Notes: generated from the letters alone by a model not told the origin. DNA of 32,000 nucleotides from Candidatus Pacearchaeota archaeon (GCA_026016245.1 CP061211.1:540001-572000); one strand, 5' to 3'. Shown: positions 9,016 through 17,554, counted from the first letter of the stretch. Translations and numbers: made by a program.

Positions 9016-9798
9016 TCATTTAATTAAATTTAAAATGATATTTGCTTCTTGATTTGCTTTTGCTATTATAAAATTAGTTGTTTCTTTTGTCAGATAATTT
9101 ATATTTAGGGCAAGATTTAATGCCTCTATTGATATGCCTTTAATATTCTTTAGCATTTCTTCTTTGTCTACTTTTATTCTTTCATATACCTTACTTTGTT
9201 TTGTATCATAAGCTGCCAGTGGTACAAAACCTATTAAAAATGGCGTGATTTCTAATTTTGCAAGAATCATCGCTGCTGCTTTATTTATACTTTCTCCTTT
9301 TTTAGCTACAACGCATGATTCTTTTATTGTGATCTTTCCTGCCTTAATTCCTGCTTTGATGTTTAGTTTACCAAGTTCAGAAATAATGGGGCCAGCTGGC
9401 AAGTCAGTTTGGCCAGCCTCTATAATTATATCTTCTGGAGCTGTCTGTCCAGCTTTTGCCTTGGATGGGAATTTATTGTCTGCAAGTATTGAAGCCAGTT
9501 CAAATGGATCAATATTGGAAAAAATAATAGCAAAACCTTTTTCTAACCATTTCTCAAGACCCTCAATATCTTTTTTTGTTTTCTTTGCTTCTTCCAAAGC
9601 TTTTAACATAAAAGTTTTTTTGATTACCTTGACTATTGCTTGATCTTTTAGTGAACGTTTAATTTTCTGGAACTGTGGCGCTGAAATATTTTCTATTGAT
9701 ACTATCATCACAGTATTACTTTTTTTAATAAGATCAATTAAATTAACCAATACATTTTTCTTTTTTTTTGGAATATCCTTTGTTCTTTTGCTTGCCAT
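9016..9798 (-). CDS. rpl10: Ribosomal stalk protein uL10 (P0), short form lacking the acidic C-terminal tail
   Basis: Archaeal L10 pattern ([60 protein letters not shown]). The ATG follows the uL1 stop by 1 nt. Confidence 0.85.
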   Translation of the reverse strand: MASKRTKDIPKKKKNVLVNLIDLIKKSNTVMIVSIENISAPQFQKIKRSLKDQAIVKVIKKTFMLKALEEAKKTKKDIEGLEKWLEKGFAIIFSNIDPFELASILADNKFPSKAKAGQTAPEDIIIEAGQTDLPAGPIISELGKLNIKAGIKAGKITIKESCVVAKKGESINKAAAMILAKLEITPFLIGFVPLAAYDTKQSKVYERIKVDKEEMLKNIKGISIEALNLALNINYLTKETTNFIIAKANQEANIILNLIK

Positions 9799-9799
9799 T

Positions 9800-10429
9800 T
9801 TACTTTTTTTGTTTTTTAATTTTTACAGGCGGGCTCATGGTGAATTTAAGTAGAACAGATCTGACATTAATCTCTTTTTTTGGCAGAGCTTTAATTATTG
9901 TTTCCAAAGCAACATCAGCATTTTTTACAAGGTCTTCATCAAACATACTTTCTTTACCTATTCCTATCTTGATACTTGCTTCTTTTAAACGAATTTTGAC
10001 TATGCTAGAGATTTTCTTGATTGATGAGGAAATAGTTTCATCAGTTTCTTGAGCTAAGACCCCTCCTATTTTCGGGTCAGGCATTTTTCCAGCACTTCCC
10101 AAAACTTTTCCAAACTTTGATGCTATCTTAGGCATTAGTTTGGCGTTTGCTATAAAGAAATCATATTCTTTTACTAATTTCTTAACATCTTTAGAACTTA
10201 TCTTATCTATATCCTCCTTAGTGATTACATAATCAACAGTCTTTGAGGGGTGTTCAAGAAAAGCACAGATATTCTTTTTTTTGCTTATATTGGGAAGAAT
10301 AACAAAAATACTTAGGGCCTCACGGCGTGGGTCAAAATTTTTGAGATTTATTATTAGATCTAGAGTCTGGTCAAAATTTCTTTTTTTACTTTTTTTTCTT
10401 AGTTCTTGCAGTTCTTCAGAAAAATTCAT
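9800..10429 (-). CDS. rpl1: Ribosomal protein uL1
   Basis: FDQTLDLIINLK, KIASKFGKVLGSAGKMP. The track start at 10444 is GTG. The ATG at 10427-10429 is preceded by GGAGG (10434-10438) and is the likely start. Confidence 0.9.
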   Translation of the reverse strand: MNFSEELQELRKKSKKRNFDQTLDLIINLKNFDPRREALSIFVILPNISKKKNICAFLEHPSKTVDYVITKEDIDKISSKDVKKLVKEYDFFIANAKLMPKIASKFGKVLGSAGKMPDPKIGGVLAQETDETISSSIKKISSIVKIRLKEASIKIGIGKESMFDEDLVKNADVALETIIKALPKKEINVRSVLLKFTMSPPVKIKKQKK

Positions 10430-10433
10430 CTTT

Positions 10434-10438
10434 CCTCC
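10434..10438 (-). promoter_or_regulatory. Shine-Dalgarno sequence of uL1
   Basis: Minus strand reads taGGAGGaaagATG. Confidence 0.6.
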
Positions 10439-10506
10439 TACCACCTTCCTGAACTAGCCTAAACAGGCTGTAGTAATAACGGAACATAAATAAAAATGAA
10501 ATTAGC

Positions 10507-10514
10507 TTTATAAA
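10507..10514 (-). promoter_or_regulatory. Candidate TATA box for the uL1-P0-P1 operon
   Basis: Palindromic TTTATAAA about 85 nt upstream of the uL1 ATG. Implies a ~55-nt leader that contains a small hairpin (10456-10469). Confidence 0.3.
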
Positions 10515-10519
10515 GGTTT

Positions 10520-10969
10520 CTAATTAATTTTTTCTAATTCGTCGAGGTATTCCTTGATTCTTTTCACTATAGAAATGATGTAAAATTTTTCTATTTTTTC
10601 TTCAAATATCTTCTTAAGACCTTCAAATTCTGAAATTCTATAATTATTTGCTTTTTTTTCTACAATGAATACATCTCTAAGTCTTTTGAGCTGTCTCCGT
10701 ATGTTTGAGTTAGCAATGCCTTTAAGTTCATAATTATTATTCTTACGCAATTTTATTACTCGGCTTTTTATTTCTTCAAGATCCATCTCCTTTTTCTGTT
10801 TTCTTGCATTAAGCAAAGCAAGAAGAATATCAACTATCACGTCCCTAGAATCTCCTGGTTGAAGTAATCCGAGGCTTAAACATATCTTTTTAACTAGTTC
10901 TCTAGAATTCAGCTGATAGGGTTTTTCATATTTTCTTAAAGTAATTTCTCCCAGAGATTCTTCTTTCAT
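10520..10969 (-). CDS. Hypothetical protein, probable winged-helix DNA-binding regulator
   Basis: 149 aa. LRKYEKPY...RELVKKICLSLGLLQPGDSRDVIVDILLALL followed by a helical region. The pattern recalls small archaeal wHTH regulators; assignment is by eye only. Confidence 0.45.
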   Translation of the reverse strand: MKEESLGEITLRKYEKPYQLNSRELVKKICLSLGLLQPGDSRDVIVDILLALLNARKQKKEMDLEEIKSRVIKLRKNNNYELKGIANSNIRRQLKRLRDVFIVEKKANNYRISEFEGLKKIFEEKIEKFYIISIVKRIKEYLDELEKIN

Positions 10970-11066
10970 TTTGCAATATAATATAGAGAAAAAAGAGATT
11001 ATTAAATTTTATTATAGTATATAGTCTTTCATAAATCTTTATAAATAAAAAAGGAATAAAGAAAAG

Positions 11067-11429
11067 ATGGAACTCATTGCTTTGCTTTCAAGTGGAAAAG
11101 GTACTTGGGGGCAAGTTGCAGGACTTATCAATAGAGGTGAATGGGATAAAACTATCCTTGTCATTAGTGATTTTTTTAAATCAATAATTAAAAATTTTGA
11201 TTTTAGTAAAAAAGCAGACATTATTTTTATTGATTTTAATAAGGATATCAAAAAAGTCATAGAGGAAATAAGAGAAAAATTAAAAAATAAGGTTCAGGGT
11301 ACAGAGATTGCCTTAAGTATTGCAAGCGGATCAGGCAAAGAACACATGGCTTTAATTTCTGCTCTTTTACAGTTACCTGTAGGTATAAAATTTGTAGTTC
11401 TTACAAAAGAAGGAATAACAGAAATATAA
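11067..11429 (+). CDS. Hypothetical 120-aa alpha/beta (Rossmann-like) protein
   Basis: Alternating hydrophobic strands and helices: LIALLSSGKGTWGQV, ILVISD, IIFIDF, IALSIASGSGKEHMALISALL, KFVVLT. No confident family. Confidence 0.5.
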   Translation: MELIALLSSGKGTWGQVAGLINRGEWDKTILVISDFFKSIIKNFDFSKKADIIFIDFNKDIKKVIEEIREKLKNKVQGTEIALSIASGSGKEHMALISALLQLPVGIKFVVLTKEGITEI

Positions 11430-11456
11430 ATTTAAAAAAAATAAAAAAATAAAAAT

Positions 11457-11510
11457 TTATTTCTTCTTTTTCTTAGCTTTTTTCTTTGCTTTCTTTTTTC
11501 TTTTTGCCAT
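11457..11510 (-). CDS. Possible 17-aa lysine-rich micro-ORF (MAKRKKKAKKKAKKKKK)
   Basis: ATG at 11508-11510 preceded by aGAGGTttcaa (SD-like, 5-nt spacer); TAA at 11457-11459. Composition resembles eL41-type basic peptides but has no Arg/Trp signature. Confidence 0.2.
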   Translation of the reverse strand: MAKRKKKAKKKAKKKKK

Positions 11511-11639
11511 TTGAAACCTCTTTTTATTTTAAAAATTTCTGAGAATAAAAGATGCTTTTACTTTAAATACTTTTCTATTTTTTTAAAAATTTATGGAAAG
11601 AAAAAAATTTCCCTCGACGGAAAAATTAGAAGCCAAAAT

Positions 11640-11701
11640 TGGAATTAAATAAAAATAAAATAAAAATAAAACAAAATTAAATAAAAACAAATAAAAAATC
11701 A
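11640..11701 (-). terminator. Oligo-T rich stretch downstream of tRNA-Ala(CGC)
   Basis: The minus strand reads as successive T4-T6 runs (tttttt att tgttttt att taattttgtttt atttttattttattttt) immediately 3' of the tRNA. This matches archaeal oligo-T termination. Confidence 0.4.
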
Positions 11702-11773
11702 TGGACCGGACGAGAATTGAACTCGCAACCTCTGCTTAGCGAGAGCAGCGTTCTACCGTTGAACTACCGGCCC
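11702..11773 (-). tRNA. tRNA-Ala (anticodon CGC)
   Basis: Acceptor GGGCCGG/CCGGUCC with G3:U70, anticodon stem CUGCU/AGCAG, loop CUCGCUA, T arm GCGAG-UUCAAUU-CUCGU, discriminator A. No CCA and no intron. Confidence 0.9.
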
Positions 11774-11776
11774 TTA

Positions 11777-13183
11777 TTAAAAAACTTTACTTACCCAAAC
11801 CAACATTAAAACCAAAAAGATTAAAAGAACCATAAATGCCGCTATCTGATAAACAATCTCAGCTTTCTTCTTTGATCCAGTCAAAGTTAGGGCAGTTATA
11901 TAAATAAATTTTCCACCATCGAGAATTCCTAAAGGCAACATGTTAAGTAATGCTACAGAAAAACAAATTAGAATAAGCCAGAAAAATAAATTATAGATGA
12001 ATGTTAAAATTTCTGGATTATATTTTGGTTCAGCATAGATATATGGAGAAAAAAATGGAGAAGTTAGACTTGATAAAAAGACTGCTATTCCAGAAATCTG
12101 TGGGAATCCTATTCCTAAATAACCTCTTGAAGAATTTTCTGGATGTTCATCTAAAGTAATCAAATAATTTTTTTCACTTGTTTGGATTTCAATGATATCT
12201 CCTGGTTTATAGGATCTTAAAGTTTCATATACATCTTCAATAGATTCTATTTCCTTATCATCTATTTTTTGAAATGCTCCAGATAAATTTGCTCTTATAG
12301 CAGGGGTGTCAGAATATAGGGCCATTGTCTCAATTTTTTCTTTTTTTGCTTGTTCTAAAAAAGAATATAGCTCTGGTCTTAGATAGTGTGTTTTATTATT
12401 TACTTTTACAGGTAATGTTTCTGTTATATTTTCTATTTCCTTATCACTTAGATTTAGAAATTCTTCATAACTATAATTGCCAATTTCCTCTATGTCTGTT
12501 ACATTAACTTGTCCAAAGGCATACATATAGCCTATAATTCCTGCTTGCTCATAACAACCAATGAAAAAAAGTTGTAAAACTAGAAGGAATATTATAGCAA
12601 AAATAAAATTAGAGAAGGTTCCTGCGCTAAGAATACTTAACTGAGCTTTTTTACTTTTTCTTGCCATCGATTTCTCATCAGGTTCTACGAACGCAGCAAG
12701 AAATGGCCCTAAGAAACCAAAACCAGTTGACTTTATTTTTATTTTGTAATAACGAGCAAAAACTCCATGCGCGAATTCATGGGTTACAGCCACTATTGAG
12801 ATGATCACTATCCAATATGTGAAATAAAAGGGTGGTAGAGGCAGATTAAAAATTTGTGGTAGATAAGGGATTAAAGGCATAATAGGAGGAATCTTTGGTA
12901 CTGATACAAGAGTTGTCATCATCCTGATGCTAATATAGAATAAGATAAAGACAGAGGCCATAGCAAAATAGCCAAAAGTTATGGAAACATAACTCAGAAC
13001 ATTCCATAAACTAGAAAATTTTTTACTAGCCCAGTTCATTAATCTCAATCCAATTTTCGTCCTATACATCAAAAATATCTTTGATTCAACCTTTACTCTC
13101 TTCCTATTTTTATAAAGAAATAAAGCAATAGCTGAGCCGACTATAACAAGAAAAATTATATCATAAATGTAAACAGCATCCAT
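11777..13183 (-). CDS. Site-2 protease (peptidase M50) with an inserted PDZ-like domain
   Basis: HEFAHG (HExxH) in a TM segment, NMLPLGILDGGKF second metal-ligand motif, and a ~200-aa soluble insert with PDZ-like PGDIIEI. Confidence 0.85.
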   Translation of the reverse strand: MDAVYIYDIIFLVIVGSAIALFLYKNRKRVKVESKIFLMYRTKIGLRLMNWASKKFSSLWNVLSYVSITFGYFAMASVFILFYISIRMMTTLVSVPKIPPIMPLIPYLPQIFNLPLPPFYFTYWIVIISIVAVTHEFAHGVFARYYKIKIKSTGFGFLGPFLAAFVEPDEKSMARKSKKAQLSILSAGTFSNFIFAIIFLLVLQLFFIGCYEQAGIIGYMYAFGQVNVTDIEEIGNYSYEEFLNLSDKEIENITETLPVKVNNKTHYLRPELYSFLEQAKKEKIETMALYSDTPAIRANLSGAFQKIDDKEIESIEDVYETLRSYKPGDIIEIQTSEKNYLITLDEHPENSSRGYLGIGFPQISGIAVFLSSLTSPFFSPYIYAEPKYNPEILTFIYNLFFWLILICFSVALLNMLPLGILDGGKFIYITALTLTGSKKKAEIVYQIAAFMVLLIFLVLMLVWVSKVF

Positions 13184-13188
13184 CTTTA

Positions 13189-13362
13189 CTATCCTTTACT
13201 CGTTTTTTTACTTTTTGGCCTTAATGCTGTACTTTTACACTTTCTACATCTCACCTTACCTTCAGCGACTTTTCTTGACTGTGCTTTTATTTTAGCCCCA
13301 CATCTCTTGCAAACAAAAACTTCTTTAAAAATTCTTGAATAAGCAGCTTCTATTTTTGCCAT
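13189..13362 (-). CDS. rpl40e: Ribosomal protein eL40 (57 aa)
   Basis: Hand translation: MAKIEAAYSRIFKEVFVCKRCGAKIKAQSRKVAEGKVRCRKCKSTALRPKSKKTSKG. CxxC...CxxC zinc ribbon with the eL40 pattern. Below the track size cutoff. It fills the gap between aIF5A and S2P exactly. Confidence 0.8.
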   Translation of the reverse strand: MAKIEAAYSRIFKEVFVCKRCGAKIKAQSRKVAEGKVRCRKCKSTALRPKSKKTSKG

Positions 13363-13367
13363 TTTAT

Positions 13368-13763
13368 TTATGCTTTACGTTTTATTATTTTTTTGCCTTC
13401 AACATTCCAATACTCTATCTGCATACTTTCTTCAATATCCTCAATTAAATTAGGATCTATTGAAACATCAAGAGTTTCAAAACTCTCTAGATCCATGACA
13501 CTTACTTTTTTCTCTTCTTTGTTTATATTTAATACTTGTGCTTTTCTTTTTTCTATTATTGGAACCTGTACACGTTCAGAGCCAGGCATAACTTTAATAT
13601 GTTTTTTTCCATCAATAATACCCATTGCCGCAATTCTTGCTTTTGCATGCCCGTGTTTTCCTGTCTTGCTGATGTCTATAGATCTAACAATACATGGTGT
13701 ATCATCAAGAATAACAAAACCTCCTGAACGTAATTCTGTAGCATTAACCAATTTTATAGCCAT
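13368..13763 (-). CDS. eif5a: Translation initiation factor 5A (aIF5A)
   Basis: Hypusine loop SKTGKHGHAKA; N-terminal SH3-like and C-terminal OB pattern. Confidence 0.9.
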   Translation of the reverse strand: MAIKLVNATELRSGGFVILDDTPCIVRSIDISKTGKHGHAKARIAAMGIIDGKKHIKVMPGSERVQVPIIEKRKAQVLNINKEEKKVSVMDLESFETLDVSIDPNLIEDIEESMQIEYWNVEGKKIIKRKA

Positions 13764-13785
13764 TAAAAAGAAAGAGAAAATAAAC

Positions 13786-14187
13786 TTATAAAGATTTTGC
13801 TATCTTTATGTTACTTATACTTTTTCTATTTCTTTTCTTTATTTTCTTTATTACCTTTTTTGATATTTTCTTTGTTCTTTTTTTAATTATCTTTCCACTT
13901 GCTAGCTCTTTGATAAATTTTTCCACTTCTTTCTCCTCTTTTTTTCTTCTAGCTGCATTTTTTTGTTTTAACTTTGGACTACCTATATTTTGTAAAGTTC
14001 TTTCAATATAATCAATCTTTAACTTGAGATCATGAAGCTGTCTAGACAAAACAGCTAGGGCAATCCACATTTGTGCTTTTCCTTTATCCTTAGATGTATC
14101 ATAAGATTCTTTATGATTCATGCTTTCAAGAATAAGCCTTTCAATATAAGGTTTCAGGCTTTTATCAACATACTTTCGCCATGTCAT
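13786..14187 (-). CDS. Hypothetical protein with Lys-rich C-terminal tail
   Basis: The track start at 14202 is TTG. The ATG at 14187 (MTWRKYVDK) lies 1 nt after the upstream stop. C-terminus KKRTKKISKKVIKKIKKRNRK. Confidence 0.5.
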   Translation of the reverse strand: MTWRKYVDKSLKPYIERLILESMNHKESYDTSKDKGKAQMWIALAVLSRQLHDLKLKIDYIERTLQNIGSPKLKQKNAARRKKEEKEVEKFIKELASGKIIKKRTKKISKKVIKKIKKRNRKSISNIKIAKSL

Positions 14188-14188
14188 C

Positions 14189-14593
14189 TTATTCTTTATC
14201 AAAATTTATTTTTAGAACTTTCCTATCATCTAGCGTGTAAAAAATAATTGAAGGATTATAAAGTTCAGTACTAGAGATAATATCAACTGCATTTATTTGG
14301 AAATCTGAAGAAATATGTGCACCATCAAGTATATCCATTGAAAGCATACCCCATTCAAACTTATTATATTTTTTATAAGATAATTCACACAATAAGGGAT
14401 TTTCAATATTTATACTATGATATTTACTAGAAATCTCAATATTTTTAATATTATAAATATCTAAAATTTCATTAATAGTTTTGATATTTCTTTTGATCCA
14501 TGAAGCATTTCTTACTCTTATCCTTCTTCCTTTCTTATTTCTCTCTTTCAAGTTTCCTTCTAGTTTCCCAAGTAGATCTGTTATTTCTTTCAT
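14189..14593 (-). CDS. Hypothetical protein (134 aa)
   Basis: ATG at 14593 (MKEITDLLGKLEG). The first 27 codons of the track ORF are AT-rich intergenic-like sequence. Confidence 0.45.
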   Translation of the reverse strand: MKEITDLLGKLEGNLKERNKKGRRIRVRNASWIKRNIKTINEILDIYNIKNIEISSKYHSINIENPLLCELSYKKYNKFEWGMLSMDILDGAHISSDFQINAVDIISSTELYNPSIIFYTLDDRKVLKINFDKE

Positions 14594-14727
14594 AATCCAA
14601 AATAAGAAAATAGATATATAAAGTTTTCGATTTAGTGTAACACAAGAGTAATAAAAAGAAAGGTTTATAAACAATTTTAGTTTAAGTTTTTTGTCTTAAA
14701 TTTTAATTTTAAATTTGTAGGAAAAAA

Positions 14728-14991
14728 ATGACAGGGAATGAAAAAAGTTTAGATGAGATTTTTGGTTTTTTTGTAGGAACTCCGATAAGACTAGATGCTG
14801 AGATCAATGGAGTGCATCTAAAAGGTCTTTATGTTTTTGCTGGAAACTGTAAAGCAGGAGTTAAATGCATCAAAGTTGAAATAGTGGATAATAGAATAAG
14901 ATATGCCAAATCATGTACAATAATAAGAAGTGCTGAACAAGTTAATTCTGTAACTGAAATACCACCTTTACTTGACTACTTTAAGTTATAA
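14728..14991 (+). CDS. Hypothetical small protein (87 aa)
   Basis: ORF with normal composition; no recognised motif. Confidence 0.4.
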   Translation: MTGNEKSLDEIFGFFVGTPIRLDAEINGVHLKGLYVFAGNCKAGVKCIKVEIVDNRIRYAKSCTIIRSAEQVNSVTEIPPLLDYFKL

Positions 14992-15029
14992 TAGGAAAAA
15001 CATTTAAAGAAATTCTTTTTTAGAAAATT

Positions 15030-15668
15030 ATGAAAACCAAGAAAGGAAATTTTATTGAGTTAGATTTTGTTGCTTCTGTAAAAGATGGGAATGTTTTTGA
15101 TACAACAAAAGAGGAAGAGGCGAAAAAGACAGGATTAGTGAATGAGAAAGAGAGGAGAGAGTTTAAGCCATTAGAGATTTGTATTGGTGAAAGTATGGTT
15201 ATTAAAGGTCTTGATAATGCTTTGACTGATAAAGAAATTAATAGAGAATATGAAGTTGAAATAGGGTCAAAGGAAGCTTTCGGTGTCAGGAATGCTAAGT
15301 TGATGAAGACTGTTCCGCTCAGTGCTTTCAAAGAGATGCCTGTTCCTGGAATGTTTGTTAATGTTAATGGTATGATTGCTAGAGTTGTGACTGTTACTAG
15401 TGGCAGGGCATTGATTGATCTTAATAATCCTCTTGCAGGAAAAGTTGTGGTTTATAAGTTTAGGATTAATAAAATTATAGAAGATAATAATAAGAAGATA
15501 AAATTGCTTGCTAGGTCTTTTGGAGTGGGTGTGGAAAGTGTTAAGATAGAAAATAAAAAAGCTAAAATTAAGGTTAAGAATAAAAAAGAGGTAGATGAAG
15601 CAAAAGTTTTGGAGAAATTTAAGGATAAGATAAAAACCATTATGGGAATTGAGGCTGAGTTTGAATAA
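15030..15668 (+). CDS. FKBP-type peptidyl-prolyl cis-trans isomerase (SlyD-like, with insert-in-flap domain)
   Basis: DGNVFDTT, VIKGLDNAL, and IDLNNPLAGKVVVYKFRI (compare DFNHPLAGK). Confidence 0.8.
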   Translation: MKTKKGNFIELDFVASVKDGNVFDTTKEEEAKKTGLVNEKERREFKPLEICIGESMVIKGLDNALTDKEINREYEVEIGSKEAFGVRNAKLMKTVPLSAFKEMPVPGMFVNVNGMIARVVTVTSGRALIDLNNPLAGKVVVYKFRINKIIEDNNKKIKLLARSFGVGVESVKIENKKAKIKVKNKKEVDEAKVLEKFKDKIKTIMGIEAEFE

Positions 15669-15742
15669 ATATACCTATGGAAATAGGGATTATAGAATAC
15701 TAAAATTTATAAATTAAATTCTATTGTTTATTAAAGAAAAAG

Positions 15743-16828
15743 ATGGCAGACTTTGAGATTAAAGAGGAAGAGAAAAAAGAGATAGATAAGGAATTAGAGG
15801 AAATTATCTCAAAACAAAAAGCAGCCATTAAGGTTTTTGGTTGTGGAGGTGGAGGAGGTAATACTCTAACAAGGATGAAAGAAATAGGTATTAAAGGCGC
15901 AGAGCTTGTAGCTGTAAACACAGATGCTCAAGATTTGCTTTACACATATGCTGATTCTAAAATTCTTATTGGCAGAGAATTGACTCATGGTCTTGGTGCT
16001 GGAAGTAACCCTCAAATTGGAGAAGAAGCAGCTCATGAATCAGAGCATGAGATTAAACAAAGGTTGCAAGGTAGTGATATGGTTTTTATTACTTGCGGCT
16101 TAGGAGGAGGAACAGGAACTGGCGCAGCTCCTATTGTTGCAAAAACAGCCAAAAAAATGGGCGCTTTGACTATTGGAGTTGTTACATTACCTTTTACAAT
16201 TGAGGGCCAGAGAAGGTATGAGAATGCTATGTTAGGATTAGAAAAAATGGAGCATGCTGTTGATACTCTTATTGTTATTCCAAATGATAAGCTTCTTGAG
16301 TTAGCTCCTGACTTGCCTTTACATACAGCTTTCAAGGTGGCAGATGAAATATTGACAAATGCTGTTAAAGGAACTACAGAACTTGTGACAAAAGCAGGTT
16401 TAGTTAATCTTGATTTTGCTGACATCAAGGCAGTGATGAGTAATGGAGGGGTAGCTATGATTGGTGTTGGTGAGAGTGATAGCCAAGATAGGGCAGGGGA
16501 GGCTGTTGAGAAAGCAATAGAAAATCCTCTTCTTGATGTTGATATATCTAATGCTTCTGGAGCCTTGGTTAATATTATTGGTGGTCTTGATTTATCATTG
16601 GATGAGGCAAAAAAAGTTATTGAAGCTATTGCAAATAAAATAAACCCAAATGCTAAGTTAATATGGGGTGCTCAGCTTAGTGAGGATATGGATAAAACTA
16701 TTCGTGTTTTATTGATTGTGACAGGAGTTAAGAGTAGCCAGATTCTTGGCCCTGGTGAAGGTAGATTAGATAAGGAAAAAGAAGAATTAGAAGAAGAGTT
16801 AGGAATAGAGTTTGTTGAAGAAAAGTAA
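15743..16828 (+). CDS. ftsZ: Cell division GTPase FtsZ
   Basis: GCGGGGGN, tubulin signature [23 protein letters not shown]. Confidence 0.95.
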   Translation: MADFEIKEEEKKEIDKELEEIISKQKAAIKVFGCGGGGGNTLTRMKEIGIKGAELVAVNTDAQDLLYTYADSKILIGRELTHGLGAGSNPQIGEEAAHESEHEIKQRLQGSDMVFITCGLGGGTGTGAAPIVAKTAKKMGALTIGVVTLPFTIEGQRRYENAMLGLEKMEHAVDTLIVIPNDKLLELAPDLPLHTAFKVADEILTNAVKGTTELVTKAGLVNLDFADIKAVMSNGGVAMIGVGESDSQDRAGEAVEKAIENPLLDVDISNASGALVNIIGGLDLSLDEAKKVIEAIANKINPNAKLIWGAQLSEDMDKTIRVLLIVTGVKSSQILGPGEGRLDKEKEELEEELGIEFVEEK

Positions 16829-16875
16829 AAAACTAGAAAAGTAAGATTTTTAAGGTTTCTGATTTTTAAGAACAG

Positions 16876-17073
16876 ATGGAAGAACAGCCAAAAAAAAATG
16901 TTTTTAGGTCATTAGGAATATTTTATCATAAGTGCGTTAGAGTGCTTAAGGTAGCTAGAAAACCAAATTCAACAGAAGTCAAACAAGTTTCAAAAGTTTC
17001 TGCTTTAGGAATTTTGGTTATAGGGGTGATAGGTTTTATTATCGGCCTTATTTTCACTATATTTTTCCTGTAA
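16876..17073 (+). CDS. secE: Protein translocase subunit SecE (Sec61 gamma)
   Basis: 65 aa; VLKVARKPNSTEV followed by a single C-terminal TM; located between ftsZ and spt5. Confidence 0.8.
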   Translation: MEEQPKKNVFRSLGIFYHKCVRVLKVARKPNSTEVKQVSKVSALGILVIGVIGFIIGLIFTIFFL

Positions 17074-17089
17074 ATAAAAATAATAAAAA

Positions 17090-17554
17090 ATGATATTTGT
17101 GGTTAAGGTTACAACGAATAAAGAAGACCAGGCAACTGATCTCTTAGCTGCAAGAATAGAGAAAAAAGGCCTAAATATTTTTTCTATTGCTCGGCCACAT
17201 GGATTAAGAGGATATATTATTATTGAGGCTCAAGACACTGAATCTGCTGAGCAGGCTGCTTTCAACCTGCCTTATGTAAAAGGTTTGATAAAAAGGCAGA
17301 TAACTTACAAGGAAATAGAGAATATGATTAAGCCAGTTGCTGCAGCCATCAATATTGAAAAAGGGGATATAGTTGAGATGCTAACAGAGCCTTTTAAGAG
17401 AGAGAAGGCGAGAGTCAAAAGAATAAACAAACAGAAAGAGGAAGTTGTTGTCGAGCTTCTTGAGGCAGCTGTTCCAATTCCAGTCACAGTAAAGATAGAT
17501 AATGTCAAAGTAATCAGGAGAACGAAGGAAGAAGGCGAAGAAGAGGAAGAGTAA
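17090..17554 (+). CDS. spt5: Transcription elongation factor Spt5 (archaeal NusG)
   Basis: NGN domain (IFVVKVTTNKE...GYIIIEA) and KOW motif (KGDIVEMLTEPFKREKARVKRI); acidic tail. Confidence 0.85.
   Translation: MIFVVKVTTNKEDQATDLLAARIEKKGLNIFSIARPHGLRGYIIIEAQDTESAEQAAFNLPYVKGLIKRQITYKEIENMIKPVAAAINIEKGDIVEMLTEPFKREKARVKRINKQKEEVVVELLEAAVPIPVTVKIDNVKVIRRTKEEGEEEEE

Noticed and set aside
9245-10052. + strand ORFs 9245-9643 and 9768-10052
   Set aside because: They are antisense to the clearly recognisable uL10 and uL1 genes.
10456-10469. Small hairpin (AGCCU-GUUU-AGGCU on the minus strand) in the uL1 leader as an L1 autoregulatory site
   Set aside because: It is a 5-bp stem only, and I could not match it to the 23S rRNA L1-binding structure by eye. 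The evidence is insufficient.
11580-11700. Repetitive aaataaaa-type tract as a possible repeat array or CRISPR leader
   Set aside because: It has no repeat-spacer periodicity. It is simple A/T low complexity that reads as oligo-T terminators on the minus strand downstream of the tRNA.
13393-14011. + strand ORFs 13393-13791, 13536-13727 and 13808-14011
   Set aside because: They are antisense to aIF5A and to the neighbouring minus-strand gene, and have no motifs.
16033-16428. Minus-strand ORF inside ftsZ
   Set aside because: It is antisense to FtsZ, whose identity is unambiguous.
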